From Candidatus Latescibacterota bacterium (lineage in GTDB: Bacteria; Latescibacterota; UBA2968; UBA8231), in contig OZ220089.1 in NCBI GenBank assembly GCA_964291625.2, forward strand, positions 2,560,001 to 2,624,000: DNA of 64,000 nt, read 5' to 3'. Positions 10,060 to 21,552 of this stretch are shown here, in pieces. Each line of letters begins with the position of its first letter. Positions within the stretch are counted from its first letter, which is position 1. The translations under genes were made by a program, and so were the position numbers. The notes under the pieces are model-generated. The model made no database searches. It was not told the origin of the DNA and was given only the letters and a program-made list of their open reading frames with translations.

Positions 10060-10803
10060 ATGGCGGTTGCCTTGCAGATCTCTCAGCGCGACACCATCGA
10101 ACTGACCATCGAGCCCCGCCAGGAGCGGGGCAAGGGTCCCGTGGGCCGCCTGCGCCGCGAGCAGGCCATGCTCCCCGGCATCCTCTACGGGCACCGGCAG
10201 GAGCCGCTGGCCTTCAAGATCGTCGCCCACGATCTGGAGCGCGCGCTCTCCGGTGGAGGTCAGAACTCGATCTTCATGCTCCACGAGAAGGACGACGGGA
10301 AGGTGGAGCGGGCGGTGGTCCGGGAGATCCAGTACCACAAGGTTCGCGGCGATGTCGTCCACATCGACTTCCTGCGCATCGACCCCGACGAACAACTGAC
10401 CGTCGCCGTGCCGATGATGACCACGGGCACCCCGGTGGGGGTGAGGGTCGGCGGCGGCGCCGTGCAGCACAGCCTGACCTCCATCACCATGAGTTGTATC
10501 GCCTCCGAGCTTCCCTCCCAGGTCTCGATCGATATCGACCACCTCGAAATCGGTGACAGCATCCACGTCAGCGATCTGCTCGAGGACGAACCGCGCATCG
10601 TCACCGATCCCGGAGTCACCATCGTCAGCGTGCTGGCCCCGCGGTTGACCATCGAGGAAGAGGAAGCCGCCGCCGCCGCCGAGGAAGCGGAGGAAGGGGA
10701 GGAAGTCGAAGGCGAAGGCGAAGGCGAGGGCGAGGGCGAAGAAGGGGCCGGGGACGGCGAGGCCGGCGAGGCCTCCGAGGGCGGCGGCGAGAGCCAGGAC
10801 TGA
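10060..10803 (+). CDS. rplY: 50S ribosomal protein L25 (long Ctc form) with acidic tail
   Basis: R...GKG..RLRR...LPGILYG, VVREIQYH..HIDF, GVRVGGG, TL5-type C-terminal domain. Confidence 0.96.
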   Translation: MAVALQISQRDTIELTIEPRQERGKGPVGRLRREQAMLPGILYGHRQEPLAFKIVAHDLERALSGGGQNSIFMLHEKDDGKVERAVVREIQYHKVRGDVVHIDFLRIDPDEQLTVAVPMMTTGTPVGVRVGGGAVQHSLTSITMSCIASELPSQVSIDIDHLEIGDSIHVSDLLEDEPRIVTDPGVTIVSVLAPRLTIEEEEAAAAAEEAEEGEEVEGEGEGEGEGEEGAGDGEAGEASEGGGESQD

Positions 10804-10821
10804 GCCCCGTCGACCGCACCG

Positions 10822-11433
10822 ATGCCAGTCGTCTTCGGGCTGGGCAATCCCGGCCCAAGCTATGCCGGCACCCGGCACAACATCGGCTTTCGTGTGGCCG
10901 AGGGTCTCCTGGGTGGCCGGGGGGAGTGGACGAGGGAGGAGGCCGCCGAGACCGCACGGGCACGGATCGCCGGCGAGGAGGTGTTGCTGGTCAGGCCTCA
11001 GAGCTTCATGAACCGCAGCGGCGAGGCGGTTCGGATGCTGCAGGAGCGCGGAGGGCTGGCGCCGGAGGAGATTCTGGTGATTCTCGACGACTTCCTCCTC
11101 GACTTCGGCCGCATGCGGCTCCGGCGCGGCGGCTCCGACGGCGGCCACAACGGACTGGCGTCGGTGCTGCAGGTCCTGCAGACGGACCAGGTTCCCCGGC
11201 TGCGGCTGGGCGTCGGGCCGGTGCCGCCGGGCGAGAGCGACATCGACTTCGTGCTGGCCCCCTTCTCACCCGGCGAAGAGGTGGCGGGACTGGTCGAGCG
11301 AGGCTGCGCGGCGGCGCGCTGCTGGTTGGCGGAGGGCATCGAGGCGGCCATGAACCGCTTCAACGGATGTCCGGCACTGGAGCGGACGGCTCCACCGTCC
11401 GCCGCATCCGAAAGGGACGAGGAGGATAGGTAG
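10822..11433 (+). CDS. pth: Peptidyl-tRNA hydrolase
   Basis: GLGNPG..Y..TRHNIGF, FMNRSG, GGHNGL, RLRLGVG. Confidence 0.96.
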   Translation: MPVVFGLGNPGPSYAGTRHNIGFRVAEGLLGGRGEWTREEAAETARARIAGEEVLLVRPQSFMNRSGEAVRMLQERGGLAPEEILVILDDFLLDFGRMRLRRGGSDGGHNGLASVLQVLQTDQVPRLRLGVGPVPPGESDIDFVLAPFSPGEEVAGLVERGCAAARCWLAEGIEAAMNRFNGCPALERTAPPSAASERDEEDR

Positions 11434-11437
11434 GCTC

Positions 11438-13498
<2,061 letters not shown>

Positions 13499-13522
13499 TC
13501 TCGAAACGAGGCAGACAAGCGA

Positions 13523-14047
13523 ATGGCTAAGAAGTACGAGCTGGTCCTCATCCTCGATCCACAATCCGGCGAGACGCAGCTGGAAGCCGCCGTCGACAAC
13601 TACCAGAAACGCCTGGAGGCGGCTGGCGCCGAGGTGGTGCAGGTCGTCAAGTGGGGCCTGCGCAAGCTGGCCTACACGTCGATCGCCCTTCGGCAGCGGC
13701 AACAGGGCTTCTACGTCCTCTACCAGTTCCTGGCCGAGAGTGAGCGCCTCGGGCCGGTGGAGGAGGACCTCAAGCTGGACGAGTCCGTGCTCCGCCACCT
13801 GGTGGTCGCCGTTCCGGGCGAGTTCCTGAGCGTGCCGCAACTGGCGCCTGAGAACGTCTACATCTACCAGTCTCCCGACCGAGGCCGGGACCGCCGCGGG
13901 CCCCGTCGTGACCGGGACCGCCGCGAGGACGGCCCGCCCCGTCCCGACCGGGACGGTCGTGCACCCGCCGAGAGCGCCGAGGTCGCCGAGGCCGCCACCC
14001 GGGATGACCCGGGCCGCGGGGAGGACGGAGGAGAGGGGGCCGCCTGA
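13523..14047 (+). CDS. rpsF: 30S ribosomal protein S6 with C-terminal extension
   Basis: KYELVLILDP, WGLRKLAY, GFYVL, LKLDESVLRHLVV. Confidence 0.93.
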   Translation: MAKKYELVLILDPQSGETQLEAAVDNYQKRLEAAGAEVVQVVKWGLRKLAYTSIALRQRQQGFYVLYQFLAESERLGPVEEDLKLDESVLRHLVVAVPGEFLSVPQLAPENVYIYQSPDRGRDRRGPRRDRDRREDGPPRPDRDGRAPAESAEVAEAATRDDPGRGEDGGEGAA

Positions 14048-14088
14048 GACGGCGCCGCCGGCCGCTGCCCGGCACGGGGAACTGAACC

Positions 14089-14928
14089 TTGTCCCTGTTG
14101 GCCAGTCTGGTCCTCGTGGCGGCGACCCTTATCGGCGCGCGACGGTTTGGCGTCCGCACCGTGGCCCTGCCCGCCTGCCTGCCCATGCTGTTGTCCTTCA
14201 GCGGTGTCTTCCACTGGGCGATGGGGTTGGCGCCGGCGCCGTTGATCGGCTGGCTTGCAGCGGTGCAGGTCGAAAGGGGCCGAGGCTACGGCCAGACCAT
14301 CGCCTTCGCTTCCGTGCCGGGGCTGGTGCTCGGCCTGGCCCAGGCGGGCGGCTTTCTCGCGGCCGACGGCCAGCGTGAGCAGGTGTCGTCGGAAGTCACC
14401 CGCTTCCTGGAGGGAAGCGCCGCCGAGGCCCAACTGGGGGACCCGGAGATGCTTCAGCAGTTGGTGGAGATGGTTCTGGTCCTGCTGCCCGGGGTCGCCT
14501 ATCTCTCCATTCTGCTGATCGCCGTCTGCGGCTACCGCCTTGCCCAGGCGGCGTGCCCATGGGCGGGCACCACCCTGCCGCCCGCCGTGCCCCTGCGCCA
14601 TTGGCGCATGTGGGAGGAACTGATCTGGGTCGCGATCGGGGCCCTGGTGCTGCTGCTGATCGGCGGCGAGACCTTTCGCGGGCTGGCTGTAAACGCCGCG
14701 CTGGTCATGATGCTGCTGTATGCGGCCCAGGGCCTTGGGCTGGTCCGGCACCTGCTGTGGCGCCTTGGCGCCCAGCGCTACCTCGTCGTCCTGGTGTATG
14801 CGCTGCTGGCCTTCACCTCCAGCTTCTCGGTGATGGCACTGGCGTTCTCGGGACTGGCGGACAACTGGTTCGACTGGCGCCGGATCGGACATCGGCGCGA
14901 ACGAGAATCCGAGGAGGTGGACAAGTGA
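14089..14928 (+). CDS. DUF2232/YybS family membrane protein
   Basis: Multi-TM protein with YxxQGL and GLADNWFDWRR C-terminal motif; typical position upstream of rplI. Confidence 0.85.
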   Translation: MSLLASLVLVAATLIGARRFGVRTVALPACLPMLLSFSGVFHWAMGLAPAPLIGWLAAVQVERGRGYGQTIAFASVPGLVLGLAQAGGFLAADGQREQVSSEVTRFLEGSAAEAQLGDPEMLQQLVEMVLVLLPGVAYLSILLIAVCGYRLAQAACPWAGTTLPPAVPLRHWRMWEELIWVAIGALVLLLIGGETFRGLAVNAALVMMLLYAAQGLGLVRHLLWRLGAQRYLVVLVYALLAFTSSFSVMALAFSGLADNWFDWRRIGHRRERESEEVDK

Positions 14929-15368
14929 AGGTCATACTGCTCAGAGACGTGGACACCCTGGGGACCGCCGGCCAGATCGTGACCGTGGCCGACGGCTATG
15001 GCCGCAATGCCCTGATACCCAAGCGGCAGGCCCTGCTGGCAACCGACGCCAACGTGGCCCTCTTCGAGTCCCGGCGCCGGCAGCACGAGGCCGCCGCCGA
15101 GCGCGAGAAACGGGCGGCCGAGGACGTGGCCGTGGAGCTTGAGAAGGCGTCGCTCACGGCGCAGGTCAAGGTCGGTGAGGGGGATCGCCTGTTCGGATCG
15201 GTGACGGCCCAGAACATATCCGATCTGCTCAAGGAGCAGGGCCACGACGTCGATCGTCGAAACATCGAGCTGGAGGAGCCGATCCGCGCCCTGGGCGTGT
15301 ACAACGTGCCGGTTCAGCTCCTCACCGGTGTGAAGGCCACCGTCAAGCTCTGGGTCGTGAAGGAGTAG
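14925..15368 (+). CDS. rplI: 50S ribosomal protein L9
   Basis: GTG start after GGAGG; KVILLRDV..LG..G..V.VADGYGRN.LIP, RLFGSVT, PIRALG. Confidence 0.96.
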   Translation: MKVILLRDVDTLGTAGQIVTVADGYGRNALIPKRQALLATDANVALFESRRRQHEAAAEREKRAAEDVAVELEKASLTAQVKVGEGDRLFGSVTAQNISDLLKEQGHDVDRRNIELEEPIRALGVYNVPVQLLTGVKATVKLWVVKE

Positions 15369-15378
15369 CGCCGAGAGG

Positions 15379-16329
15379 ATGCCCCCGGTGGCATCGCCCT
15401 CGCCGCGGTCCGGGTCCCGGTCCTCCGGACAGACCCCGGTCCTCGTGAAGCTCTTCTTCGCCGTCCTCGGATCCCTCCTGCTGGCCTCCTGTGCTCCCCA
15501 GGACGGCCCGGGGCCCTTCGAGCAGACCGAGGACCGCGTCTGGCGCCTCGTCAACCGCAGCCACACCGGCGCCGACGGGATCTTCGTTCAGGCCACTTTC
15601 CGGACCTTCGCCTACGAAGTCGCCCGCATCTATGCCGAGGCCGAGATCGCCGGCCTCGGGCAGGAGCAGGTCACCAGCCGACTGCGCGAGTTCATCTACG
15701 CCTACATCGACGCGCCCTACCCGATGGCGGACGGTACCGACGTCAACAGCCTCTACCTTCAGTACCTGGTCTACGTCAACCCGGACTTCGACGTCAGCAA
15801 TCCCCTTCAGAAGGCGCAGTTCGACACCTGGCGCGGTCAGTACGTGCGCCGGCTCCTCGGCATCCTCTACGACAGCAAGTATGGCCTGCTGCGCCCGGTC
15901 TACGACGAGCGCTGGGGGTACGGCCTCTACAGCCGGCTGGTCTTCACCATCTACATCGACGGGGAGGAGTCGGGGGCGCACCCCTACATCGCCGATATCG
16001 GCGAGCGCACCTTCCTCATCGACGAAGCTGGGGTCCGTCATGCGCCGAGCGGGACGGACGGGGCCTATCCATACCAGTTCGACCGGCCCGAAAGAGACCA
16101 CCTGGAGGAGACGGCTGTCTATCGAGTCTACTTCCCGAACCGGCGCGCCGATCGCCTGACCCCGATCCTGACGACGGACAGCCGGCGGGTCTCCCTGGTC
16201 ATCGAGGGTCTCGGCTCCGACGCCGAGCGCCGGTTGGACTGGGACTTGCCGCTGGCGTACCCTGCGATGCCGTCGCGGAGGCTCGTGCCGCCCCCTTCCG
16301 AGGATGATTCAGTCAAGGCGAGGGAGTAA
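15379..16329 (+). CDS. Hypothetical lipoprotein
   Basis: Host-like codon usage; hydrophobic stretch ending in lipobox LLASC. True start may be the GTG near 15445. Confidence 0.7.
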   Translation: MPPVASPSPRSGSRSSGQTPVLVKLFFAVLGSLLLASCAPQDGPGPFEQTEDRVWRLVNRSHTGADGIFVQATFRTFAYEVARIYAEAEIAGLGQEQVTSRLREFIYAYIDAPYPMADGTDVNSLYLQYLVYVNPDFDVSNPLQKAQFDTWRGQYVRRLLGILYDSKYGLLRPVYDERWGYGLYSRLVFTIYIDGEESGAHPYIADIGERTFLIDEAGVRHAPSGTDGAYPYQFDRPERDHLEETAVYRVYFPNRRADRLTPILTTDSRRVSLVIEGLGSDAERRLDWDLPLAYPAMPSRRLVPPPSEDDSVKARE

Positions 16330-16347
16330 GGGGACACCACGAAGGCC

Positions 16348-16707
16348 ATGGATCAGCCCTCCTTCTTCATCCCCTTCGTCTCCTTCATCCCCCTGGCGGC
16401 GATTCTCGCGTATCTGGCCTGGACGGCCGAGAAGCAGGTCGAACGGGTGGAGCAGCTGGCCGCCCGGCTGCGCCGGCTGTGCGAGAGCAGCGGCCGGCCG
16501 TGGATCCGGACCCGTCGTCCCCGGCGGCTGTCCCTGGACGTGCACATGGCCATCCGGTCCCTGGACAAGAGCCTGCGGTCCCTGGAACGCGATCAGGGAA
16601 TCCACAGCCGCAGGCCCTCCCACCACCGGCTGTTCCTGCAGAGCGGATCCGTGATCGATGACCTGGAGCAGCGGGTCTCGCGGCTGGAGGAGCGCGGCCT
16701 GGGTTAG
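16348..16707 (+). CDS. Hypothetical membrane-anchored protein
   Basis: N-terminal TM helix, coiled-coil-like C-terminus (IDDLEQRVSRLEE), continues the operon. Confidence 0.6.
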   Translation: MDQPSFFIPFVSFIPLAAILAYLAWTAEKQVERVEQLAARLRRLCESSGRPWIRTRRPRRLSLDVHMAIRSLDKSLRSLERDQGIHSRRPSHHRLFLQSGSVIDDLEQRVSRLEERGLG

Positions 16708-16735
16708 CCACCCACGATGTTCGGAGGAGTGGCGT

Positions 16736-17812
16736 TCACACCTGGCCGCAGACCTCCCCTTCCCACGGGGCGGGGTCGAGTCCGAGGCCGCGGGCGCGGT
16801 GGCAGATGCGGCTCCAGGTGGTGTCGTCGATGGCGATACCGGTCCGGCGGCGCTCGGCGGCGGTGGTGAACTCGGGCGCGCCGGGCAGCTGAATCCGCCC
16901 GACCTGTGGGTCGACCCGGCTGGAGGTAACGTGGGCGACCAGACCCTCCACCTCGCGGTCGTAGTCCTCGTCCTCGCAGAAGAAAGCGGGCTCCCACACG
17001 ATCAGCATGAGGCCGTTGCTCTTCATCTCCACCTCGCCCGCGGCGCAGCCCTCGCCGGACAGCAGGCCTCCCAGGATCTCCACCATCATGCTCAGGCAGT
17101 AGCCCTTGTAGGCGACTACACCGCCCATGGGAAGGATGGCGCCCTGGGGGGGGCCGACGAAATCGGCGGGGTCGGTGGTGGGACGGCCCTCGGCGTCGGT
17201 GATCCAGCCCTCGGGGACCTGGGCGCCCTGGTTGTGGGCGAGACGGATCTTGCCCTCGGCGACGACCGAGGTGGTCATGTCGACGAGGATCGGGTCGGCG
17301 CCGCGACGCGGGGCGGCGAAGGAAACGGGGTTGGTCGAGAGCTTGCCGTCGATGCCGCCGTAGGGTGGGATCTGGCGCCCGAGGCGCCCGGCGTTGACCC
17401 AGGCCATGCCGACCAGGCCCTGGCGGGCGACGGCGAGGGTGTAGGCCCCGATCCGCCCGAGATGGGAGCAGTTGCGCAGGCCGACGCTGCCGATTCCGTG
17501 GGCCCGGGCCAGCTCGACGGCCTTGTCGACGGCGTGGCGGCCTGCCACTTGGCCGAGGGCGCCGCCGCCGTCGAAGACGGCCATGGCCCCGCGCTCACGC
17601 ACCACCGTCGGCCGTCCGGCGGGGTCGAAGGTGCCGTCGGCCATCTGGTCGACGTATTCGTAGATGCGGATGGTCCCGTGCGAGTCGTGGCCGAAGAGGC
17701 TCGACTCGACGAGGTGGTCGGCCACGGTAGCGGCATCTTCGGCAGAGCAACCCGCGGCCTCGAAGAGGGAACGGGCGATGCGGGTGAGGGTCTCGGGGGG
17801 GAAGCGGCGCAT
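16736..17812 (-). CDS. Ldh_2 family (malate/L-lactate/hydroxycarboxylate) oxidoreductase
   Basis: GHDSHG..R, HLGRIG.Y, STNP..F, DMTTSVVAEGK, YKGY.L. Confidence 0.93.
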   Translation of the reverse strand: MRRFPPETLTRIARSLFEAAGCSAEDAATVADHLVESSLFGHDSHGTIRIYEYVDQMADGTFDPAGRPTVVRERGAMAVFDGGGALGQVAGRHAVDKAVELARAHGIGSVGLRNCSHLGRIGAYTLAVARQGLVGMAWVNAGRLGRQIPPYGGIDGKLSTNPVSFAAPRRGADPILVDMTTSVVAEGKIRLAHNQGAQVPEGWITDAEGRPTTDPADFVGPPQGAILPMGGVVAYKGYCLSMMVEILGGLLSGEGCAAGEVEMKSNGLMLIVWEPAFFCEDEDYDREVEGLVAHVTSSRVDPQVGRIQLPGAPEFTTAAERRRTGIAIDDTTWSRICHRARGLGLDPAPWEGEVCGQV

Positions 17813-17815
17813 GGC

Positions 17816-18634
17816 TCAGTCGGCAGTTTCCAGCTTGCCGACCTCGTCCTCGAAGGCGCGGATGCCGAGATCGACACCGTATTCCCGGAGCCCGCCGGTG
17901 GCCTCGGGGCCGGTGATCCACGGGCGGTGGCTGCGCCCAGCCTCGATCAGGTCGGCGCTGGCGTAGTCGCCGTGGAGGAAGTGGAAGGCCATGCCGGCGC
18001 GCTCCTCGTCGGTGGCGTTGTCGCCGGTGCTGTGGGCGGCGCCGTAACAGAAGAACACGACGCCCCCCGCGGGGACCTCCACGGCCACGGCCTCGGCTTC
18101 CGGAGGGGAGCAGTGGATGTGGTGGTCGGAGTACGGGTCGCGTTCGTGGGCGTAGCTGTGCCGGTGGCTCCCCGGAATCAGACGCAGGGTACCGTTGGCC
18201 AAGGTTGCGTCGTGCACGGCGACCCACATGGCCGTCCCCTTGAGCGGATCGTCGATCTTGAAGTAGGCGTTGTCCTGGTGCCAGTGGGTCCCGGTGCCGG
18301 TGCGGCCCGGCTTGAGGAACAACTGGTCCAGGTGGAGGAGGAAGGGATCGCCGATCAGACGGCTCACGGCGCCGGAGACCTTGGGCGCGAAGGGCAGCGC
18401 ACGGATCAGGTTGCTCTTGTCGTGGAGGGGGATCAGCTGGAGGTTGGCGCGCGACTCGGAATGGGTCTGGCCGTCGCCGTCGGTGCGGACGTTGCGAAGC
18501 AGCCCCTGGCGGCGGAAGCGCGCCACCTCTTCCGCCAGGGCCCGAACCTCGCGAGCGTCGAAGAAGGGGCTCACCAGGCACCAGCCGTCGCGGCGGAATC
18601 GGGCGACGTGATCTTGCGTGAGAAGGTCGGTCAC
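17816..18634 (-). CDS. Phytanoyl-CoA dioxygenase (PhyH) family Fe(II)/2OG oxygenase
   Basis: WHQD motif, WVAVHDAT..NG.L..IPGSH, distal HSTG.N; GTG start at 18634 inferred. Confidence 0.9.
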   Translation of the reverse strand: MTDLLTQDHVARFRRDGWCLVSPFFDAREVRALAEEVARFRRQGLLRNVRTDGDGQTHSESRANLQLIPLHDKSNLIRALPFAPKVSGAVSRLIGDPFLLHLDQLFLKPGRTGTGTHWHQDNAYFKIDDPLKGTAMWVAVHDATLANGTLRLIPGSHRHSYAHERDPYSDHHIHCSPPEAEAVAVEVPAGGVVFFCYGAAHSTGDNATDEERAGMAFHFLHGDYASADLIEAGRSHRPWITGPEATGGLREYGVDLGIRAFEDEVGKLETAD

Positions 18635-18916
18635 GAGGGAAACGACATAGGATAGCGGGCCGGGGGCTGGACGGCAAGTTGGCCCTCGGGCGGCCTTGCC
18701 GGCGCGTGGATGGTTGCTTACCCTAAGACGGCAAACGGAAGACTCGCGGCTCCCGCCGCACTCCATTCACCGGCGTCCGCCCACGACGCTTCTCCCCGGA
18801 CGGTCTTCCGACTCGCCAGCGCCAATCCTCTCGACCTGGACAAGACGCCCCGAGGGTCGAGGCTGGAGCGGTCGGTCGGCGTTACCGCGCAACGGTTCCC
18901 GGGACGAGAAGGATCC

Positions 18917-19912
18917 ATGGCAGGGATTCGGGTCGGCATCAATGGTCTTGGCCGGATCGGCAGACTCGTGTTTCGCGCCGCCTGCAAGGCAGGCCTCGAC
19001 GTGCGCGGCATTAACGACCTGACCGACGCCGCCACGCTGGCCCACCTGCTCAAGTACGATTCGACCCACGGCCGCTTCGACGGCGAGGTGGCGGCTGATG
19101 GGCAGGACTTGGTGGTCGACGGCAAGCGAATCCAGGTCTACGCCGAGCGCGACCCGGCGAGTCTGCCCTGGGAGAGGTTGGGGGTGGAGATCGTCGTCGA
19201 GTCGACGGGCCTGTTCACCCGGCGCTCGTCCGCCGCCGCCCACCTTGCCGCCGGTGCGCGGAAGGTGCTGATCTCGGCCCCGGCCAAGGAAGAGGACCTG
19301 ACCGTGGTGATCGGCGTCAACGAGGACGCACTGCAGCCCGGACACGCCATCGTCTCCAACGCGTCTTGCACGACCAACTGCCTGGCGCCCATGGTCAAGG
19401 TACTTCACGAGAGCTTCGGCGTCGTGCACGGGATGATGAACACCATCCACTCCTACACCAACGACCAGCGCATCCTCGACCTGCCGCACGAGGACTTGAG
19501 GCGGGCGCGGTCGGCCGCCGTCAACATGATACCGACGACCACGGGGGCGGCGGCGGCCGTCGGCAAGGTCCTGCCCGAGTTGCAGGGCAAGCTCGACGGG
19601 CTGTCGATCCGCGTGCCAACGCCGGACGGGTCGCTCGTGGACTTCACCGCCCATGTGTCAGTGGAGGTGACGCGCGAGCAGGTCAATCAGGCCTTCGCCA
19701 GGGCCGCGGACACCGACCTGAAGGGCATTCTGGAGTACTCGGAGGAACCGCTGGTGCTGTCCGACATCATCGGGAATCCGTCCTCCTGCGTGTTCGACGC
19801 CAAGTCGACGAACGTCGTGGGTGGTACCTTGGTGAAGGTGCTCGGGTGGTACGACAACGAGTGGGGCTACGCCAACCGCTGCGTGGATCTCATCCCCAGG
19901 ATGGCGGCGTAG
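18917..19912 (+). CDS. gap: Type I glyceraldehyde-3-phosphate dehydrogenase
   Basis: GINGLGRIGR, SNASCTTNCL, IPTTTGAA, WYDNEWGY. Confidence 0.98.
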   Translation: MAGIRVGINGLGRIGRLVFRAACKAGLDVRGINDLTDAATLAHLLKYDSTHGRFDGEVAADGQDLVVDGKRIQVYAERDPASLPWERLGVEIVVESTGLFTRRSSAAAHLAAGARKVLISAPAKEEDLTVVIGVNEDALQPGHAIVSNASCTTNCLAPMVKVLHESFGVVHGMMNTIHSYTNDQRILDLPHEDLRRARSAAVNMIPTTTGAAAAVGKVLPELQGKLDGLSIRVPTPDGSLVDFTAHVSVEVTREQVNQAFARAADTDLKGILEYSEEPLVLSDIIGNPSSCVFDAKSTNVVGGTLVKVLGWYDNEWGYANRCVDLIPRMAA

Positions 19913-19957
19913 ACCTGGCCCGGTCACCGGCGCAGCCAGCCAGCGAGGAGTAGGCCA

Positions 19958-20512
19958 ATGTTCGAGGACGTGTGGAAGCACTTCGACGAGAACGAGCTCA
20001 CCCACTCGGCCGCTCATCACCTGATGTCGGTGCACGAGCTGCGCCAGATGCACGGATACGCCCGCGTCTCCGACATCGCCAAGCACCTGAAGATCACCAA
20101 GGGCAGCGTCTCCTCGGCGATGAAGCACCTCAAGGAGCGCGGCTACATCCAGGAAGATCACAACCGCTTCCTCGAGCTGACCGAGAAGGGGCTGCGCGTC
20201 GTCTGGCAGACGGAAGCCACGCGCATGGTGGTCAAGAAGTTCCTCTCCGACGCTCTGGGCATGGACGAGGACGACGCCGAGATCGACGCCTGCAAGGTGG
20301 AGCACCTGCTCAGCTCCGAGGCCCGGGGACGGCTCGTCGGGTTCCTGCAGTTCATGTTCTCCGAGGATCCCATCGCCTCGGAGTTCCTGACCGTCTTCCG
20401 CGGCGCCCCCTCCGCCAATCACCTGGAGTGCAGGAAGGACGTCGCCAGCTGCCAGTTGTGCGACGAGGTCTGCCTGTTGCAGCCGGAGCTGTCCGTCCTC
20501 CGGGGAAACTGA
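19958..20512 (+). CDS. DtxR/MntR family metal-dependent repressor with Cys-rich tail
   Basis: ARVSDIAKHL..TKGSVS...L wHTH, LTEKG, DACKVEHLLS dimerisation motif. Confidence 0.88.
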   Translation: MFEDVWKHFDENELTHSAAHHLMSVHELRQMHGYARVSDIAKHLKITKGSVSSAMKHLKERGYIQEDHNRFLELTEKGLRVVWQTEATRMVVKKFLSDALGMDEDDAEIDACKVEHLLSSEARGRLVGFLQFMFSEDPIASEFLTVFRGAPSANHLECRKDVASCQLCDEVCLLQPELSVLRGN

Positions 20513-20564
20513 TGTCCTCCGCCCACCCCCGACGGGCGGTCCCACCTCGCGTTTCCGGCACAGC

Positions 20565-21542
20565 GTGCTCTTGACCCGCGTCACGGGGTTTCTGCAGCGC
20601 CAGATGCTCCCTGTCGGCCTGGTCCTGGCCGCCGTCGTCGGCCTCGTCTGGCCCGAGCCGGGACGGACGATGGGCCGGCTGCCGACCCAGTACGTGGCGG
20701 TCAGCATCATCTTCGTCTGCGCCGGCCTGCTGCTGCGCACCGACGAGATTCGCGCCGCCCTGAGCGCCTGGAGGGCTACCGCCTGGGGCTCACTCTCCAT
20801 CCTCTTCGTCACCCCTGCCGTGGGCGCCCTGATCGCCTTCCGCACGCCGCTGGAGCCGGCCTACCAGATCGGCCTGGCCCTCTTCTGCTGCATGCCGACC
20901 ACCCTGTCGTCAGGCATCGCCCTGACCAGCCAGGCCCGCGGCAACGTGGCCCTCGCCCTGCTGCTGACGGTGACCACGAATCTGGCCGGCGTCTTCACCA
21001 TCCCCTTTGTGCTCGTCGCCGTCCTCGGGGCCATGGGCCAGGTGGAGCTGTCGGCGACGGACCTCCTCGGCAAGTTGTGCCTGTCGATCCTGGTACCTCT
21101 GGCCGCCGGCCGATGGCTGCGCCGGCCCCTGGGGTCGTGGGCCGACGCCAACCGGGCGCGCATCACCGCTCTGAGCAATCTCGCCCTGATCAGCATCCCG
21201 TGGATGAAGTTCTCCGAGTCATCCGAGAGCCTGGCGGCGGTGGCCATGGGCGGCCTCCTGATGCTGGTCCTCGCGGGGCTGGTCATCCACGGCGTCTACC
21301 TGGCTGTCAACGATGCCTCCACGCGCCTGCTGCGGCTCGACGGACCGGCCCGCAAGGCGGTGGTGCTGATGGCCAGTCAGAAGACCCTGCCCGTAGCCCT
21401 CACCGTCCTCGCCCTGATCCCGGACGAGGCCGTCGGCCCGGGGGTCAAGGGCCTGCTGGCCATCCCCTGCATCACCTCCCACCTCGGTCAGATCTTCGTC
21501 GATGCCTTCATCGCCACCCGGTGGGGCCGCCTGCGGGAGTGA
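20565..21542 (+). CDS. Bile acid:sodium symporter (SBF-like/BASS) family transporter
   Basis: PTTLSSG..LT..ARGN and ASQKTLP motifs; multiple TM helices. Confidence 0.9.
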   Translation: MLLTRVTGFLQRQMLPVGLVLAAVVGLVWPEPGRTMGRLPTQYVAVSIIFVCAGLLLRTDEIRAALSAWRATAWGSLSILFVTPAVGALIAFRTPLEPAYQIGLALFCCMPTTLSSGIALTSQARGNVALALLLTVTTNLAGVFTIPFVLVAVLGAMGQVELSATDLLGKLCLSILVPLAAGRWLRRPLGSWADANRARITALSNLALISIPWMKFSESSESLAAVAMGGLLMLVLAGLVIHGVYLAVNDASTRLLRLDGPARKAVVLMASQKTLPVALTVLALIPDEAVGPGVKGLLAIPCITSHLGQIFVDAFIATRWGRLRE

Positions 21543-21552
21543 CGGGGGCACC

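Noticed and set aside
9964-10060. tRNA-Gln as an integration site
   Set aside because: No integrase and no duplicated tRNA 3' end seen; flanks are housekeeping genes.
10708-10740. GA(A/G)GGC hexamer tandem repeat
   Set aside because: Encodes the low-complexity EGEGEG tail of L25; in-frame and common, not a CRISPR or contingency locus.
18730-18886. GGCAAAC...GTTACC resemblance to the c-di-GMP-I riboswitch
   Set aside because: Spacing is far too long, and the GAAA tetraloop and GACGCAAA core are missing.
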